Source: Rhodospirillaceae bacterium (GTDB lineage: Bacteria; Pseudomonadota; Alphaproteobacteria; GCA-2731375). From it: DNA of 64,000 nt. Numbering within the stretch: position 1 is the stretch's first letter; every line of letters begins with the position of its first letter. Both the position numbers and the translations under genes were made by a program. Of this stretch, positions 46,029 to 55,779 are shown piece after piece. Below the pieces are notes generated by a model. That model did not search any database. It saw only the letters and a program-made list of their open reading frames with translations, and was not told the DNA's origin. The DNA is taken from the NCBI GenBank assembly GCA_018660265.1, contig JABJKS010000106.1, positions 1,144-65,143 of the forward strand. The letters are read 5' to 3'.

Positions 46029-47138
46029 TTAGCCCCAGACATCGTCGGCAACTTCGACGATCAGGCGCAGTTTGGCAATCTCATCCTCCACGGTAATCTT
46101 GTTGCCGTGATGGGTGGAGGAGAAACCGCATTGCGGACTAAGGCAAAGGCGGTCCAGATCAATATACTGGGCTGCCTCGTCAATCCGCCGTTTCAATGTG
46201 TCCTTGGCCTCAAGCTCGGGCGTTTTCGTGGTGACTAGGCCCAGGACCACCAACTTGTCTTTCGGCACGAACCGCAAGGGTTCGAAGCCGCCCGCCCGCG
46301 CGCTATCATATTCCATGAACAGGGCGTCGATATTGACTGTATTGAAAACCCTCTCCGCCACCGGCTCGTAACCGCCCTGCGCCGCCCAGGTACTTTGAAA
46401 ATTACCCCGGCACATATGCATGGTGGTGGAGACATCTTCCGGCAAATCACGGATGGCATCGTTCAGGGCCTGGGCATAGGTCAGGGCCAGCTCGTCCGCA
46501 TCGTCGCCCCTGGATTTCAGATTGGCACGAATGTCGTCATCGCACAGGTATGCGTAAGAAATATCGTCCAGCTGTAGATAGCGGCAACCCTGGTCTGCCA
46601 GATCGCCCAATTCCACCCTATAGGCCGCTGTTAAATCAGCCCAGAATTCGGCCAGGTCAGGATAGGCTGCCTGCGAGATGCCCTCGCGTCCGGCCCTAAA
46701 ATGCGCCATAGAGGGGCCGGGCACGGTGAATTTCGCCATCCGGTCCGTCAAACCATTGAGGTAGCTAAAATGGTCCACCATGACGGGCTTTGTGCGGGCC
46801 AGTTTGCCGGTGATCATGGCCCGGGGTGGTTGTTCCTCACTGCCCTGAAAGGTGCCTTTGTCCAGGGGTTCGCCCAATTCAAACCCGTCAAAACCGCTGA
46901 GGAAATCAAAGTGCCACCAGGTGCGGCGGAATTCCCCATCCGTGATGCCTTGCAGACCAAGGCTTTCCTGAAGCGTCACCACTTCGCGAATGGCAGCGTC
47001 CTCAACCGCGCGCAAAGCCATAGCATCGATCTCACCCCGCGCTGCCTTGGCACGGGCCTCGTGCAGGACGGCTGGGCGCAACAGGCTGCCCACATGGTCA
47101 GCGCGGAAGGGAGGTTTCTGTCGTTTAGTCGGCATCAA
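46029..47138 (-). CDS. Cobalamin-independent methionine synthase II family (catalytic half only, YxjH-like)
   Basis: HVGSLLRP, TDGEFRR, HMCRGN, EYD, LSPQCGF (Zn ligands). Confidence 0.9.
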   Translation of the reverse strand: MMPTKRQKPPFRADHVGSLLRPAVLHEARAKAARGEIDAMALRAVEDAAIREVVTLQESLGLQGITDGEFRRTWWHFDFLSGFDGFELGEPLDKGTFQGSEEQPPRAMITGKLARTKPVMVDHFSYLNGLTDRMAKFTVPGPSMAHFRAGREGISQAAYPDLAEFWADLTAAYRVELGDLADQGCRYLQLDDISYAYLCDDDIRANLKSRGDDADELALTYAQALNDAIRDLPEDVSTTMHMCRGNFQSTWAAQGGYEPVAERVFNTVNIDALFMEYDSARAGGFEPLRFVPKDKLVVLGLVTTKTPELEAKDTLKRRIDEAAQYIDLDRLCLSPQCGFSSTHHGNKITVEDEIAKLRLIVEVADDVWG

Positions 47139-48057
47139 TCACCGCCTGGGCGTCTTTTGGATCGACGGCAAAGTCCAGGCCCGCGCGTTCCTGTTGCAAC
47201 AGCATGGACACCCGGCTATCCCGGTCTTCCCAGCCCCGGCCCAGGGCCTCGGTCATTTCCGCAACCGTCTGGTCGATCAGGCGCATGGGCACACCCATTT
47301 CACGGCCCAGTTCAGCCGCTAACGATACGTCCTTGTGGGCCAGCTTCAGGGCAAAGCTGGGGGGATCGTATTGATTGATCAGGTAATGTTCCGCGAGGCT
47401 GTCAAAAGTACGCTGCCGCCCCCTGGCACCTTGGCGCACCGCCTCGAACAAGGCCAATGGCTCAACCCCCGCTTTCACGCCAACGGAAAAGACCTCCGCC
47501 AAGGCCGTTTGGATCGCGTATCCAGCCGCGTTATGTACCAGCTTGGCCACCGACCCGGCACCGATCTCGCCAATATAGCGGACCTGATCACCCAGGGCGT
47601 CCAGAGCACCGCGATTGGCTTCGAATATGGCTTTGTCACCACCGACCCAGATCGCCAGCTTGCCTGACGCCGCCCCCTTCGGGCCGCCACTGACCGGGGC
47701 ATCGAGGCAGTGCATGCCCCGTTCCGCCATTACAGCTGCCACTTTCCGCACCGTGGTGGGGGAGTTCGTGGAGAGATCAAAATAGACCGCGCCCGGCTTC
47801 ATGCCCGCGATCAGGCCATCCGCCTCATCCAGGGCCACGGACTCAACTTCCCGTGGGCCCGGCAGGGAGGTCAATATGACGTCTGATGCAGCGGCCAATT
47901 CCCGTGGGGTTTCGGCCCATTTGGCACCTGCCTTCAGGTGCGGTTCGGCAACCTGGCGATGCAGATCGCTGACGGTCACATCCATGCCTGCCTTGATCAG
48001 GTTGGTGGCAAAGCTGGCCCCCATGGTGCCCAGGCCGATAAATCCAATTTTTGTCAT
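47125..48057 (-). CDS. Beta-hydroxyacid dehydrogenase (3-hydroxyisobutyrate dehydrogenase family)
   Basis: GFIGLGTMG, DAPVSGG, KLVHN, F.L.LA.KD. Confidence 0.9.
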   Translation of the reverse strand: MTKIGFIGLGTMGASFATNLIKAGMDVTVSDLHRQVAEPHLKAGAKWAETPRELAAASDVILTSLPGPREVESVALDEADGLIAGMKPGAVYFDLSTNSPTTVRKVAAVMAERGMHCLDAPVSGGPKGAASGKLAIWVGGDKAIFEANRGALDALGDQVRYIGEIGAGSVAKLVHNAAGYAIQTALAEVFSVGVKAGVEPLALFEAVRQGARGRQRTFDSLAEHYLINQYDPPSFALKLAHKDVSLAAELGREMGVPMRLIDQTVAEMTEALGRGWEDRDSRVSMLLQQERAGLDFAVDPKDAQAVIDAD

Positions 48058-48072
48058 TTTACCAATTACTCC

Positions 48073-48381
48073 CTAATCCTGGCCTTCGAATACTTCCAAC
48101 GCGACACGTCCCGCGTTCACCGCCGTCGGCCACCCGGAATAGAAGGCAAGGTGGGTAATCAGGCCAAACAGCTCCTCTTTGGTGACGCCGTTGTCTACGG
48201 CGCGGGCCATGTGACCTTTCAACTCTTCGGTCCTGTACAGTGCGATCAACACTGCCACTGTGGCCAGGCTGCGGTCACGTTTTGATAGCTCCGGCTGCTC
48301 CCAAACGTCACCGAACAGAACCTCGTCCCGCAATTTTCCTAGTTGGGGGATTAGATCATAAGGTGTTTTCTTCGCTGCCAT
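48073..48381 (-). CDS. Carboxymuconolactone decarboxylase family protein
   Basis: VLFGDVW...LS.RDRSL.T, HLAFYSGWP. Confidence 0.88.
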   Translation of the reverse strand: MAAKKTPYDLIPQLGKLRDEVLFGDVWEQPELSKRDRSLATVAVLIALYRTEELKGHMARAVDNGVTKEELFGLITHLAFYSGWPTAVNAGRVALEVFEGQD

Positions 48382-48480
48382 GGCTCGCTCTCCTACATTA
48401 TCTGGTATTGTTTGTTTCTGACAAGATCATGGCACGGATCATGGCATTCTGGGGCTGTAATAAAAAGGGTCGGTTCAAAT

Positions 48481-49416
48481 ATGGCGCACATCTTGGTAAC
48501 GGGAGCCTCTGGATTCGTGGGCGCGGCAGTGGTTGCGGCCCTGGCGGCGCGAGGGGATCAGGTCACGGCGTTTGATGTTGCGCTTTCCCCGGCCCTGCAA
48601 AAGATAGCGGCACAGCATGACAACGTGCGCCCGGTTATCGGCGAGGTAACGGAGTGCCCGACAGTGATGGCGCTGTTTCAGGCCGACCTGCCTGATTGTG
48701 TCTTTCACGCAGCCGCCATCGTGGGTGTCGTTGCCTCCGTCAGAACGCCGCTACGGACGTTTGCGGTCAATGTCCAGGGCAGCATTAACCTGTTTGAGGC
48801 CATGCGCCTGTTCGGGACCACCCGTATGGTGCATATGAGTTCGGAAGAGACCTATGGCCCCTTCGAAAGCCCGGTGATCAACGAAGACCACCCGCAAAAC
48901 CCCATCCACCCCTACGGGGTATCAAAGTTGTCGGTGGAGCATCTGGGCCGTGGCTATCGGGAACAATATGGCCTGGAGGTTATTCATCTGCGCGCCATTT
49001 GGGTCTATGGCCCGGATCTGCCCCGCGCCCGTGTGCCCAATACGTTCATCAATGCGGCCATGGCGGGGGAAGCATTCCACCAGCCGTTTGGCGCGGATTT
49101 TGTCTGCGATCATACCTATATCGATGATGTGGTTGATTTGGCGCTTTTGGCTATCGACAAGGAAAATCATGCTTATGATGCCTACAACGTCGGCACCGGC
49201 CAAGGCGTCAGTCTGCGCCAGATCGCCGAGATCGCCGCAGACCTGGTGCCCGGCGCGCAATTAAGCGTTGGCAACGAACCCTTCCGCCACGGGGATGCCA
49301 GCTTCAACGTTGAATGCGTGCAAAAAGGCGCCCTGGACATCAGCCGGGCGCGGGACGCCTTGGGCTATGACCCCAAATACGATATCCGAAAAGGCTTGGC
49401 GACTTTCCTGCCCTAA
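48481..49416 (+). CDS. NAD-dependent epimerase/dehydratase (extended SDR)
   Basis: TGASGFVG, H.AA, SS...YG, YGVSK, VYGP. Confidence 0.88.
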   Translation: MAHILVTGASGFVGAAVVAALAARGDQVTAFDVALSPALQKIAAQHDNVRPVIGEVTECPTVMALFQADLPDCVFHAAAIVGVVASVRTPLRTFAVNVQGSINLFEAMRLFGTTRMVHMSSEETYGPFESPVINEDHPQNPIHPYGVSKLSVEHLGRGYREQYGLEVIHLRAIWVYGPDLPRARVPNTFINAAMAGEAFHQPFGADFVCDHTYIDDVVDLALLAIDKENHAYDAYNVGTGQGVSLRQIAEIAADLVPGAQLSVGNEPFRHGDASFNVECVQKGALDISRARDALGYDPKYDIRKGLATFLP

Positions 49417-50231
49417 CCTTTTACCCGCACATTGGGCGGCACATCGAGGCGCGCCACGATACCTTCCAACGCGGGGCTGGGTGCGGGATAGCGTTCCAGG
49501 ACCGCCGGATCGTGCCCCGGTACGATGTGGCTGTTGTCAGGGGCCAGGGCGCGTAGCTTGCGGTGGCTTTCCATCATCTCAAATAGGTTTTCGTGGGTCA
49601 GAAACGGCGTTTCCTCCTCAAAACTTTCGTAATAATGCGCCACGTCTGAGGCCAGGACGACCGGGCCCCGTTGGGTTAGGACGCGCACGGCCTGCAAGCC
49701 CCGGGTATGGCCGGGCAGATGATGCACGGTGACGCCTGGGGCGATCTGTTCCTCGCCGGCGTGAAAGACCACCCGGTCGCCATAGGTCAGGCGGACCATT
49801 TCCAGCACATCATCCAGGCGGAAGGCGTGGCGCAGGCCAACATGGGTCATGGCCCGCCCGGTGACAAACGACATCTCCTCATCCTGGATGTGAAAGCGGG
49901 CTTTCGGGAAAAGTTCCAAATTGCCCGCGTGGTCATAGTGCATGTGTGTGATGATGACGTCTTCAATCTCGTTGGCATCTATATCCAACAGCGCCAGACC
50001 TTCTACCGGGGAACGCAGGAAACTGCGGCCGCGACCCTCACCCTCCGCCTTGCCATAGCCCACATCGATGACGATGGTGCGTTGCTCACTGCGTATGACC
50101 CAGATGTAATAGTCCATGGCCATGGGCGCATCGTGGGGGTCGCCGTGCACGAACATGGTGCCCCTCTCACCCATACGGTCGCCGTATTTAATGGCGTAAA
50201 TTTCATACGTCTCGTCAGTCTTGTCCGGCAT
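49413..50231 (-). CDS. N-acyl homoserine lactonase-like MBL hydrolase
   Basis: THMHYDHAG, PGHT.GLQ, LASD..H, VPGHD; start set at ATG 50231. Confidence 0.85.
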   Translation of the reverse strand: MPDKTDETYEIYAIKYGDRMGERGTMFVHGDPHDAPMAMDYYIWVIRSEQRTIVIDVGYGKAEGEGRGRSFLRSPVEGLALLDIDANEIEDVIITHMHYDHAGNLELFPKARFHIQDEEMSFVTGRAMTHVGLRHAFRLDDVLEMVRLTYGDRVVFHAGEEQIAPGVTVHHLPGHTRGLQAVRVLTQRGPVVLASDVAHYYESFEEETPFLTHENLFEMMESHRKLRALAPDNSHIVPGHDPAVLERYPAPSPALEGIVARLDVPPNVRVKG

Positions 50232-50294
50232 GGCTATTCCTCTGCTGATCATTGCAAAAGTAGTGTAGCATTGTCCGTCAGTAGGGGGATGTCT

Positions 50295-51266
50295 ATGCGA
50301 TATATTATATACGGTGCCGGTGGCGTTGGCGGGGTTATCGGTGCGCAATTGTTTCAAGGTGATGTGGAGGTGGTATTGATCGCCCGCGGCGATCATCTGG
50401 CCGCCATTCAACGGAACGGCCTGCGCTACGAAACGCCGGAAAAACCAATGACCCTACCGATTGCAGCGGTCGGCCATCCGAATGAGATTGAATTCCGCCC
50501 CGATGACGTTGTCATCCTGACCATGAAGACCCAGCATACGGAAGCCGCCTTGGACGACCTGCGCGCCGCAGCTGGTGATGAAATTCCCATTTTCTGCTGT
50601 CAAAATGGCGTAGCCAATGAACGCATGGCCCAGCGCCGGTTTCAAAATGTCCACGCCATGATGGTTTATCTGCCCGCAATGGCGTTGGAACCGGGCGTGG
50701 TACAAACCCATGCCAGTAGGAAGACCGGCGTTCTGGATGCCAGTATCTATCCCACGGGCAGCAATGATCTGGTTGCCGAAGTCACGGGAGCGTTGGACAA
50801 AGTGAATTTCTCCGCCGTGCCGAATCCTACCGTGATGCGCTTTAAATACGGCAAGCTGATCATGAACCTGGGCAACGCCATGGCCGCCGTATCCCCCCCC
50901 GGCGACGAGACGAAGGAAATTCGCGGTCTGATGCGGCGCGAGGCAGAGGCTTGTTTCCAGGCAGCCGGCATCGATTACGCCAGCCCGGCGGAGGAAAAGG
51001 CGCGCCGGGGTGATTTGATGAAATCCGCGCCTGTGGCGGGTGAAGACCGGGGCGGGGGGTCATCCTGGCAAAGTCTGGTGCGGGGCACGGGAAATATTGA
51101 GGCGGATTATCTAAACGGCGAAATTGTCATGCTGGGGCGTCAATACGGCATACCGACCCCGGCCAATCTGACCCTACAGCGCCTGGCCAACAGGCTGGCC
51201 GCAGAACGCGGCGCGCCCCAGAGTATTCCGCTGCAAGAGTTGCTACGGCAAATAGATCAAACTTGA
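50295..51266 (+). CDS. Ketopantoate reductase (PanE/ApbA) family protein
   Basis: YGAGGVGG, QNG, K..KL..N, SS.WQSL..G, E.D.LNG; the upstream 49707 extension is a shadow of the lactonase gene. Confidence 0.85.
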   Translation: MRYIIYGAGGVGGVIGAQLFQGDVEVVLIARGDHLAAIQRNGLRYETPEKPMTLPIAAVGHPNEIEFRPDDVVILTMKTQHTEAALDDLRAAAGDEIPIFCCQNGVANERMAQRRFQNVHAMMVYLPAMALEPGVVQTHASRKTGVLDASIYPTGSNDLVAEVTGALDKVNFSAVPNPTVMRFKYGKLIMNLGNAMAAVSPPGDETKEIRGLMRREAEACFQAAGIDYASPAEEKARRGDLMKSAPVAGEDRGGGSSWQSLVRGTGNIEADYLNGEIVMLGRQYGIPTPANLTLQRLANRLAAERGAPQSIPLQELLRQIDQT

Positions 51267-51276
51267 ACGAGGGAAT

Positions 51277-54200
51277 ATGACCATGAGCCTGAAACAGAAA
51301 ATATCCAAGATCATGGTCGCCAATCGTGGTGAAATCGCCATCCGGGTCCTGCGCGCGGCCAATGAATTGGGCTTGCGCACCGTGGCCGTCTTTGCCGAGG
51401 AAGACAAGTTGGCCCTGCATCGTTTCAAGGCCGATGAGACCTATCAAATCGGCGCCGGTCTGGGTGCCATCAGGGCCTATCTGTCTATAGAGGAAATGAT
51501 CCGCGTGGCGCGGGAGGCCGGTGTGGATGCGATCCATCCCGGCTATGGCTTCCTTTCGGAAAATCCGGACTTCGCCGATGCCTGTGCCGCGGCGGGGATT
51601 ATCTTTATCGGCCCGACACCGGATATCATGCGCCGCCTGGGCAACAAGGTATCGGCCCGGAACGTCGCTGTGCAGGCTGGCACGCCGGTGATGCCGGCCA
51701 CGGGTCCCTTGTCGACGGACCCAGGTGAGATACGCCGCCAGGCCGATAAAGTCGGTTATCCCGTGATGCTAAAGGCGTCGTGGGGCGGCGGCGGGCGCGG
51801 CATGCGGGTCATCGAGGATGAGGGCGCGTTGTTGGAGGAAGTGGAGGCTGGCCGAAGGGAAGCCGGTGCCGCCTTTGGCAATGACGAGGTCTATTTAGAG
51901 AAACTGGTGCGCCGGGCCTTGCATGTGGAGGTTCAGTTGCTGGGCGACCATCACGGTAATGTGGTGCATCTGTTCGAGCGGGACTGCACGGTGCAGCGGC
52001 GCAATCAAAAAGTGGTGGAGCGCGCGCCCGCGCCCTTCCTTAGCGACGCCCGCCGCGAAGATCTTTGTCAGGCGGCCCTGCGCCTGGCCCGGCAATCGGG
52101 CTATGTGAATGCGGGCACGGCAGAATTCCTGATGGATGCCGATAACGGCGAATTCTACTTTATTGAGGTCAACCCCCGCATTCAGGTCGAACATACGGTG
52201 ACCGAGGAAGTGACCGGCATTGACATCGTCAAGGCACAGATCCGTATCGCTGCCGGTGCCCGTATTGGTGATGTCGCGGCATCGGGTGTGCCTGCCCAGG
52301 AAGACATCCACCTGCGTGGCCATGCCCTGCAATGCCGGGTCACGACGGAGGATCCGGAGCAGAATTTTATCCCCGATTATGGCCGCATCACAGCCTATCG
52401 CGGGGCAAACGGTTTCGGCATTCGCCTGGATGGGGGCACCGCCTATTCCGGTGCGGTGATCACCCGCTATTACGACAGTTTGCTTGAAAAGGTTACCGCC
52501 TGGGCCCCGACGCCGGGGGAAGCCATCGCGCGGATGGACCGGGCCCTGCGCGAATTCCGTATTCGCGGCGTCACCACCAACCTGACCTTTGTCGAAGGCC
52601 TGATCAATCATCCGAAATTCAAAACGGCCGACTATACGACACGCTTTATCGACGACACGCCGGAGCTGTTTAAGCTGAGCCATCGTCGGGACCGGGCAAC
52701 GCGCCTGCTGCGTTTCATCGCCGATGTCACCATTAACGGAAATGACGAGGTTGCAGGCCGCCCCAAGCCGACCACCTCACGCATACCTAAAGTACCGGCG
52801 CGTCTTGTAGAGGTATTGCCCAAGGGTACGAAGCAGTTGCTGGATGATCTGGGCCCGGAGAAATTCAGCGCCTGGATGCTGGCACAGGATCGATTGCTGG
52901 TGACAGACACCACCATGCGTGATGCCCACCAATCCTTGTTGGCAACACGCATGCGCACCTATGACATCGTCCAGGTGGCGGATGCCTACGCCCACAATCT
53001 TCCGCAAATGTTTTCCCTGGAATGCTGGGGCGGGGCCACATTCGATGTGGCCATGCGCTTTTTGAACGAAAGCCCGTGGGACAGACTGCGTCAAGTAAGG
53101 GCCAAGGTGCCGAACATCCTATTACAGATGCTGTTGCGCGGCGCCAACGGCGTTGGCTACACCACTTATCCCGACAACGTGGTGCAGGAATTCGTCAAAC
53201 AGGCGGCCAGCTCCGGCGTTGATCTGTTCCGGGTCTTTGACAGCCTGAACTGGGTCGAGAATATGCGCGTCGCCATGGATGCGGTATTGGAAAGCGGCAA
53301 GCTGCTGGAAGGCACGATCTGCTATACAGGCGATCTGCATGATCCGGCCCGCCCGAAATATGACCTGAAATATTATGTGACGATGGCACGGGAGCTGTCG
53401 GCTGCAGGCAGTCATATCATCGGCCTGAAGGACATGGCAGGTCTGGCCAAGCCTGATGCCATCACCACATTGGTGCGGGTGTTGAAAGAAGAAACCGGCC
53501 TGCCGGTGCATTTTCACACCCATGATACCTCCGGCATTGCAGCCGCGAGTGTATTGGCGGCATCAGCCGCGGGTGCCGATGCGGTTGATCTGGCTATGGA
53601 TAGCCTGTCGGGCTTAACATCACAGCCCAATCTGGGCTCTGTCGTCGGGGCCCTGCGGGGGCGGGAGCGTGACCCCGGCATCGACGCCGGTCAAATCCGG
53701 GCGTTTTCCGATTATTGGGAAGGGGTGCGGGCGCAGTACGCCGCGTTTGAAAGCGATCTGAGGTTTGGCGCGTCCGAGGTCTATCTCCACGAAATGCCCG
53801 GCGGGCAATTCACCAATTTGAAGGAACAGGCGCGATCCTTAGGGCTGGAAGAACGCTGGCACGACGTGGCCCGGGCCTATGCGGACGTCAACGACATGTT
53901 GGGTGATATCGTCAAAGTCACACCGTCGTCGAAGATGGTCGGCGATATGGCGTTGATGATGGTCAGCGCCGATATCAGCCGGGATGAGGTGCAGGACCCG
54001 GACAAGGAAATTGCCTTTCCTGACTCCGTACGCTCCTTCTTCAGGGGTGAACTGGGCCAACCGCCCGGCGGATTTCCCAGCGCCCTGCAAAAGAAGGTCC
54101 TGGCAGGTGAGGCGGCAATGACCGATCGCCCCGGCGCCAATGTGCCATCTGCTGATCTGAACGCTTTGCGGGCGGAGGCAGAGAAAAAGATTGCCCGGCG

Positions 54201-54744
54201 GGTCTCGGATGAGGAATTCAACGCTTATCTTATGTACCCGGACGTCTTCACGACCTACGCCGCCCACCGCCGCGAATACGGCCCCGTGGATGTCCTGCCC
54301 AGCAATACTTTCTTCTATGGCATGCAGCCCGATGAGGAAATTTCCGTGGAATTGGAGGCGGGCAAAATCCTGGTCATCCGCTATCAGGCTATGGGCGAGA
54401 CGGATGAAGATGGCTTTGTGAAAATGTTTTTTGAACTCAACGGCCAGCCCCGCACCATCCGTGTTCCGAACCGGGAGATTGCAGCTTCGGTCGAGCGTCA
54501 CCCCCAGGCGGAGGAGGGCAATCCCGATCAGGTAGCAGCGCCCATGCCCGGCGTCATTGGTACCATCGCGGTGACCCAGGGTCAGGACGTGGAAAGCGGT
54601 GATTTGTTAATGAATATCGAAGCCATGAAAATGGAAACCGCTATCCGTGCCGCGCGCCCCGGTCGCATCCACGCCATTGCCGTAAAAGCCGGTATGTCGG
54701 TGGATGCCAAAGACCTGTTGTTGGAATACGCCCCGTCCACCTGA
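51277..54744 (+). CDS. pyc: Pyruvate carboxylase
   Basis: ANRGEIAIR, HPGYGFLSEN, RDAHQSL, WGGATFD, HFHTHDT, EAMKME biotin motif; 1155 aa. Confidence 0.97.
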   Translation: MTMSLKQKISKIMVANRGEIAIRVLRAANELGLRTVAVFAEEDKLALHRFKADETYQIGAGLGAIRAYLSIEEMIRVAREAGVDAIHPGYGFLSENPDFADACAAAGIIFIGPTPDIMRRLGNKVSARNVAVQAGTPVMPATGPLSTDPGEIRRQADKVGYPVMLKASWGGGGRGMRVIEDEGALLEEVEAGRREAGAAFGNDEVYLEKLVRRALHVEVQLLGDHHGNVVHLFERDCTVQRRNQKVVERAPAPFLSDARREDLCQAALRLARQSGYVNAGTAEFLMDADNGEFYFIEVNPRIQVEHTVTEEVTGIDIVKAQIRIAAGARIGDVAASGVPAQEDIHLRGHALQCRVTTEDPEQNFIPDYGRITAYRGANGFGIRLDGGTAYSGAVITRYYDSLLEKVTAWAPTPGEAIARMDRALREFRIRGVTTNLTFVEGLINHPKFKTADYTTRFIDDTPELFKLSHRRDRATRLLRFIADVTINGNDEVAGRPKPTTSRIPKVPARLVEVLPKGTKQLLDDLGPEKFSAWMLAQDRLLVTDTTMRDAHQSLLATRMRTYDIVQVADAYAHNLPQMFSLECWGGATFDVAMRFLNESPWDRLRQVRAKVPNILLQMLLRGANGVGYTTYPDNVVQEFVKQAASSGVDLFRVFDSLNWVENMRVAMDAVLESGKLLEGTICYTGDLHDPARPKYDLKYYVTMARELSAAGSHIIGLKDMAGLAKPDAITTLVRVLKEETGLPVHFHTHDTSGIAAASVLAASAAGADAVDLAMDSLSGLTSQPNLGSVVGALRGRERDPGIDAGQIRAFSDYWEGVRAQYAAFESDLRFGASEVYLHEMPGGQFTNLKEQARSLGLEERWHDVARAYADVNDMLGDIVKVTPSSKMVGDMALMMVSADISRDEVQDPDKEIAFPDSVRSFFRGELGQPPGGFPSALQKKVLAGEAAMTDRPGANVPSADLNALRAEAEKKIARRVSDEEFNAYLMYPDVFTTYAAHRREYGPVDVLPSNTFFYGMQPDEEISVELEAGKILVIRYQAMGETDEDGFVKMFFELNGQPRTIRVPNREIAASVERHPQAEEGNPDQVAAPMPGVIGTIAVTQGQDVESGDLLMNIEAMKMETAIRAARPGRIHAIAVKAGMSVDAKDLLLEYAPST

Positions 54745-54911
54745 TTAGAGCGGAATGATCTGGAGAAATTTTGAATTAATGGCCGTCGCTCTCGCGACCC
54801 AAATGATTGCCTCTCACCAATCCCAGCGGCTCATTGTTAAGGTTATTGTCGGGAAAAGGGCTGGAATTCCTGGCGTCCTGGAACGGGTAAATTAATGAAA
54901 AAGGAGAAAAC

Positions 54912-55682
54912 ATGAAAAAAATTCACATTCATTATTTTATCACGACAAGCGCTCTTGCTGCCGCGATGACATTTGTTGCGGCCCCGTCCCTAGTGCCGTC
55001 TTTGGCCCGAGCCGACGGAGAGCCGCCTATGCGGACTGAAATTTGGGATATTGCCCGTGGCGGCCGACTCTACGATAAATGGTGGGCCGTTCTGGAGATC
55101 GCCCCCCCCAAGACGACCCATCCGGCCTATCCTGCCGCCGGCAAGAAGAAAGGTTCCGGCACCTGGCGCTGCAAGGAATGCCACGGGTGGGACTACAAGG
55201 GTAAGGATGGCACCTACGCCAAGGGCTCGCACTTCAGCGGCGTCAAAGGCGTGCGCGGCGTTGTCGGTATGGATCCCGACAAGATCCACCAAATTCTGAT
55301 GGACGACACCCACGCCCTGAAAAATACCGGGATCAGCCACAGCGCGATGGAGAAGATGGCGGTCTTCCTGTCCCGCGGACAGATTGATGTCGATCGCTAC
55401 ATCGACCGCAAGACCAAGGTTGCGAGAGGCAATCCCCGTCGTGGTGCGCAGTTTTATCAAACGGTCTGCGCCGTCTGCCACGGCTTTGATGGCAAGGAGC
55501 TTAACTTCAAGGACGAAAAGTCACCCGAGTACGTCGGAACGGTCGCCGTCAAAAACCCTTGGGAGGCTCTGCACAAGATACGCTTTGGCCAGCCCGGGGT
55601 CGGGATGATCGCGTTGACCGTCCTCGACATTGAGGACTTGGTCGATATCGTGGCTTATACCCAGACATTGCCAACGAAATAG
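54912..55682 (+). CDS. Periplasmic diheme cytochrome c
   Basis: Signal peptide; CKECH and CAVCH heme motifs; AGGAG RBS. Confidence 0.85.
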   Translation: MKKIHIHYFITTSALAAAMTFVAAPSLVPSLARADGEPPMRTEIWDIARGGRLYDKWWAVLEIAPPKTTHPAYPAAGKKKGSGTWRCKECHGWDYKGKDGTYAKGSHFSGVKGVRGVVGMDPDKIHQILMDDTHALKNTGISHSAMEKMAVFLSRGQIDVDRYIDRKTKVARGNPRRGAQFYQTVCAVCHGFDGKELNFKDEKSPEYVGTVAVKNPWEALHKIRFGQPGVGMIALTVLDIEDLVDIVAYTQTLPTK

Positions 55683-55779
55683 CGAAGATTTCTCCAACCG
55701 GGGCCGGGTCGCCGAACAAGTTGGCTATCTGGCCTTCGGTGGAGGATGCGCTTACCCCCGGGGCGAATTTCGCCCGGTA

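Noticed and set aside
45192..46238. 348-aa plus-strand ORF
   Set aside because: Antisense across three well-supported minus-strand genes.
49413..50231. Dedicated quorum-quenching system
   Set aside because: The family motif alone does not define an AHL substrate, there is no luxI/luxR nearby, and the context is catabolic.
49707..50294. Long N-terminal extension or fusion on the ketopantoate reductase-like ORF
   Set aside because: It overlaps the lactonase gene on the opposite strand; the Rossmann motif starts right after the ATG at 50295.
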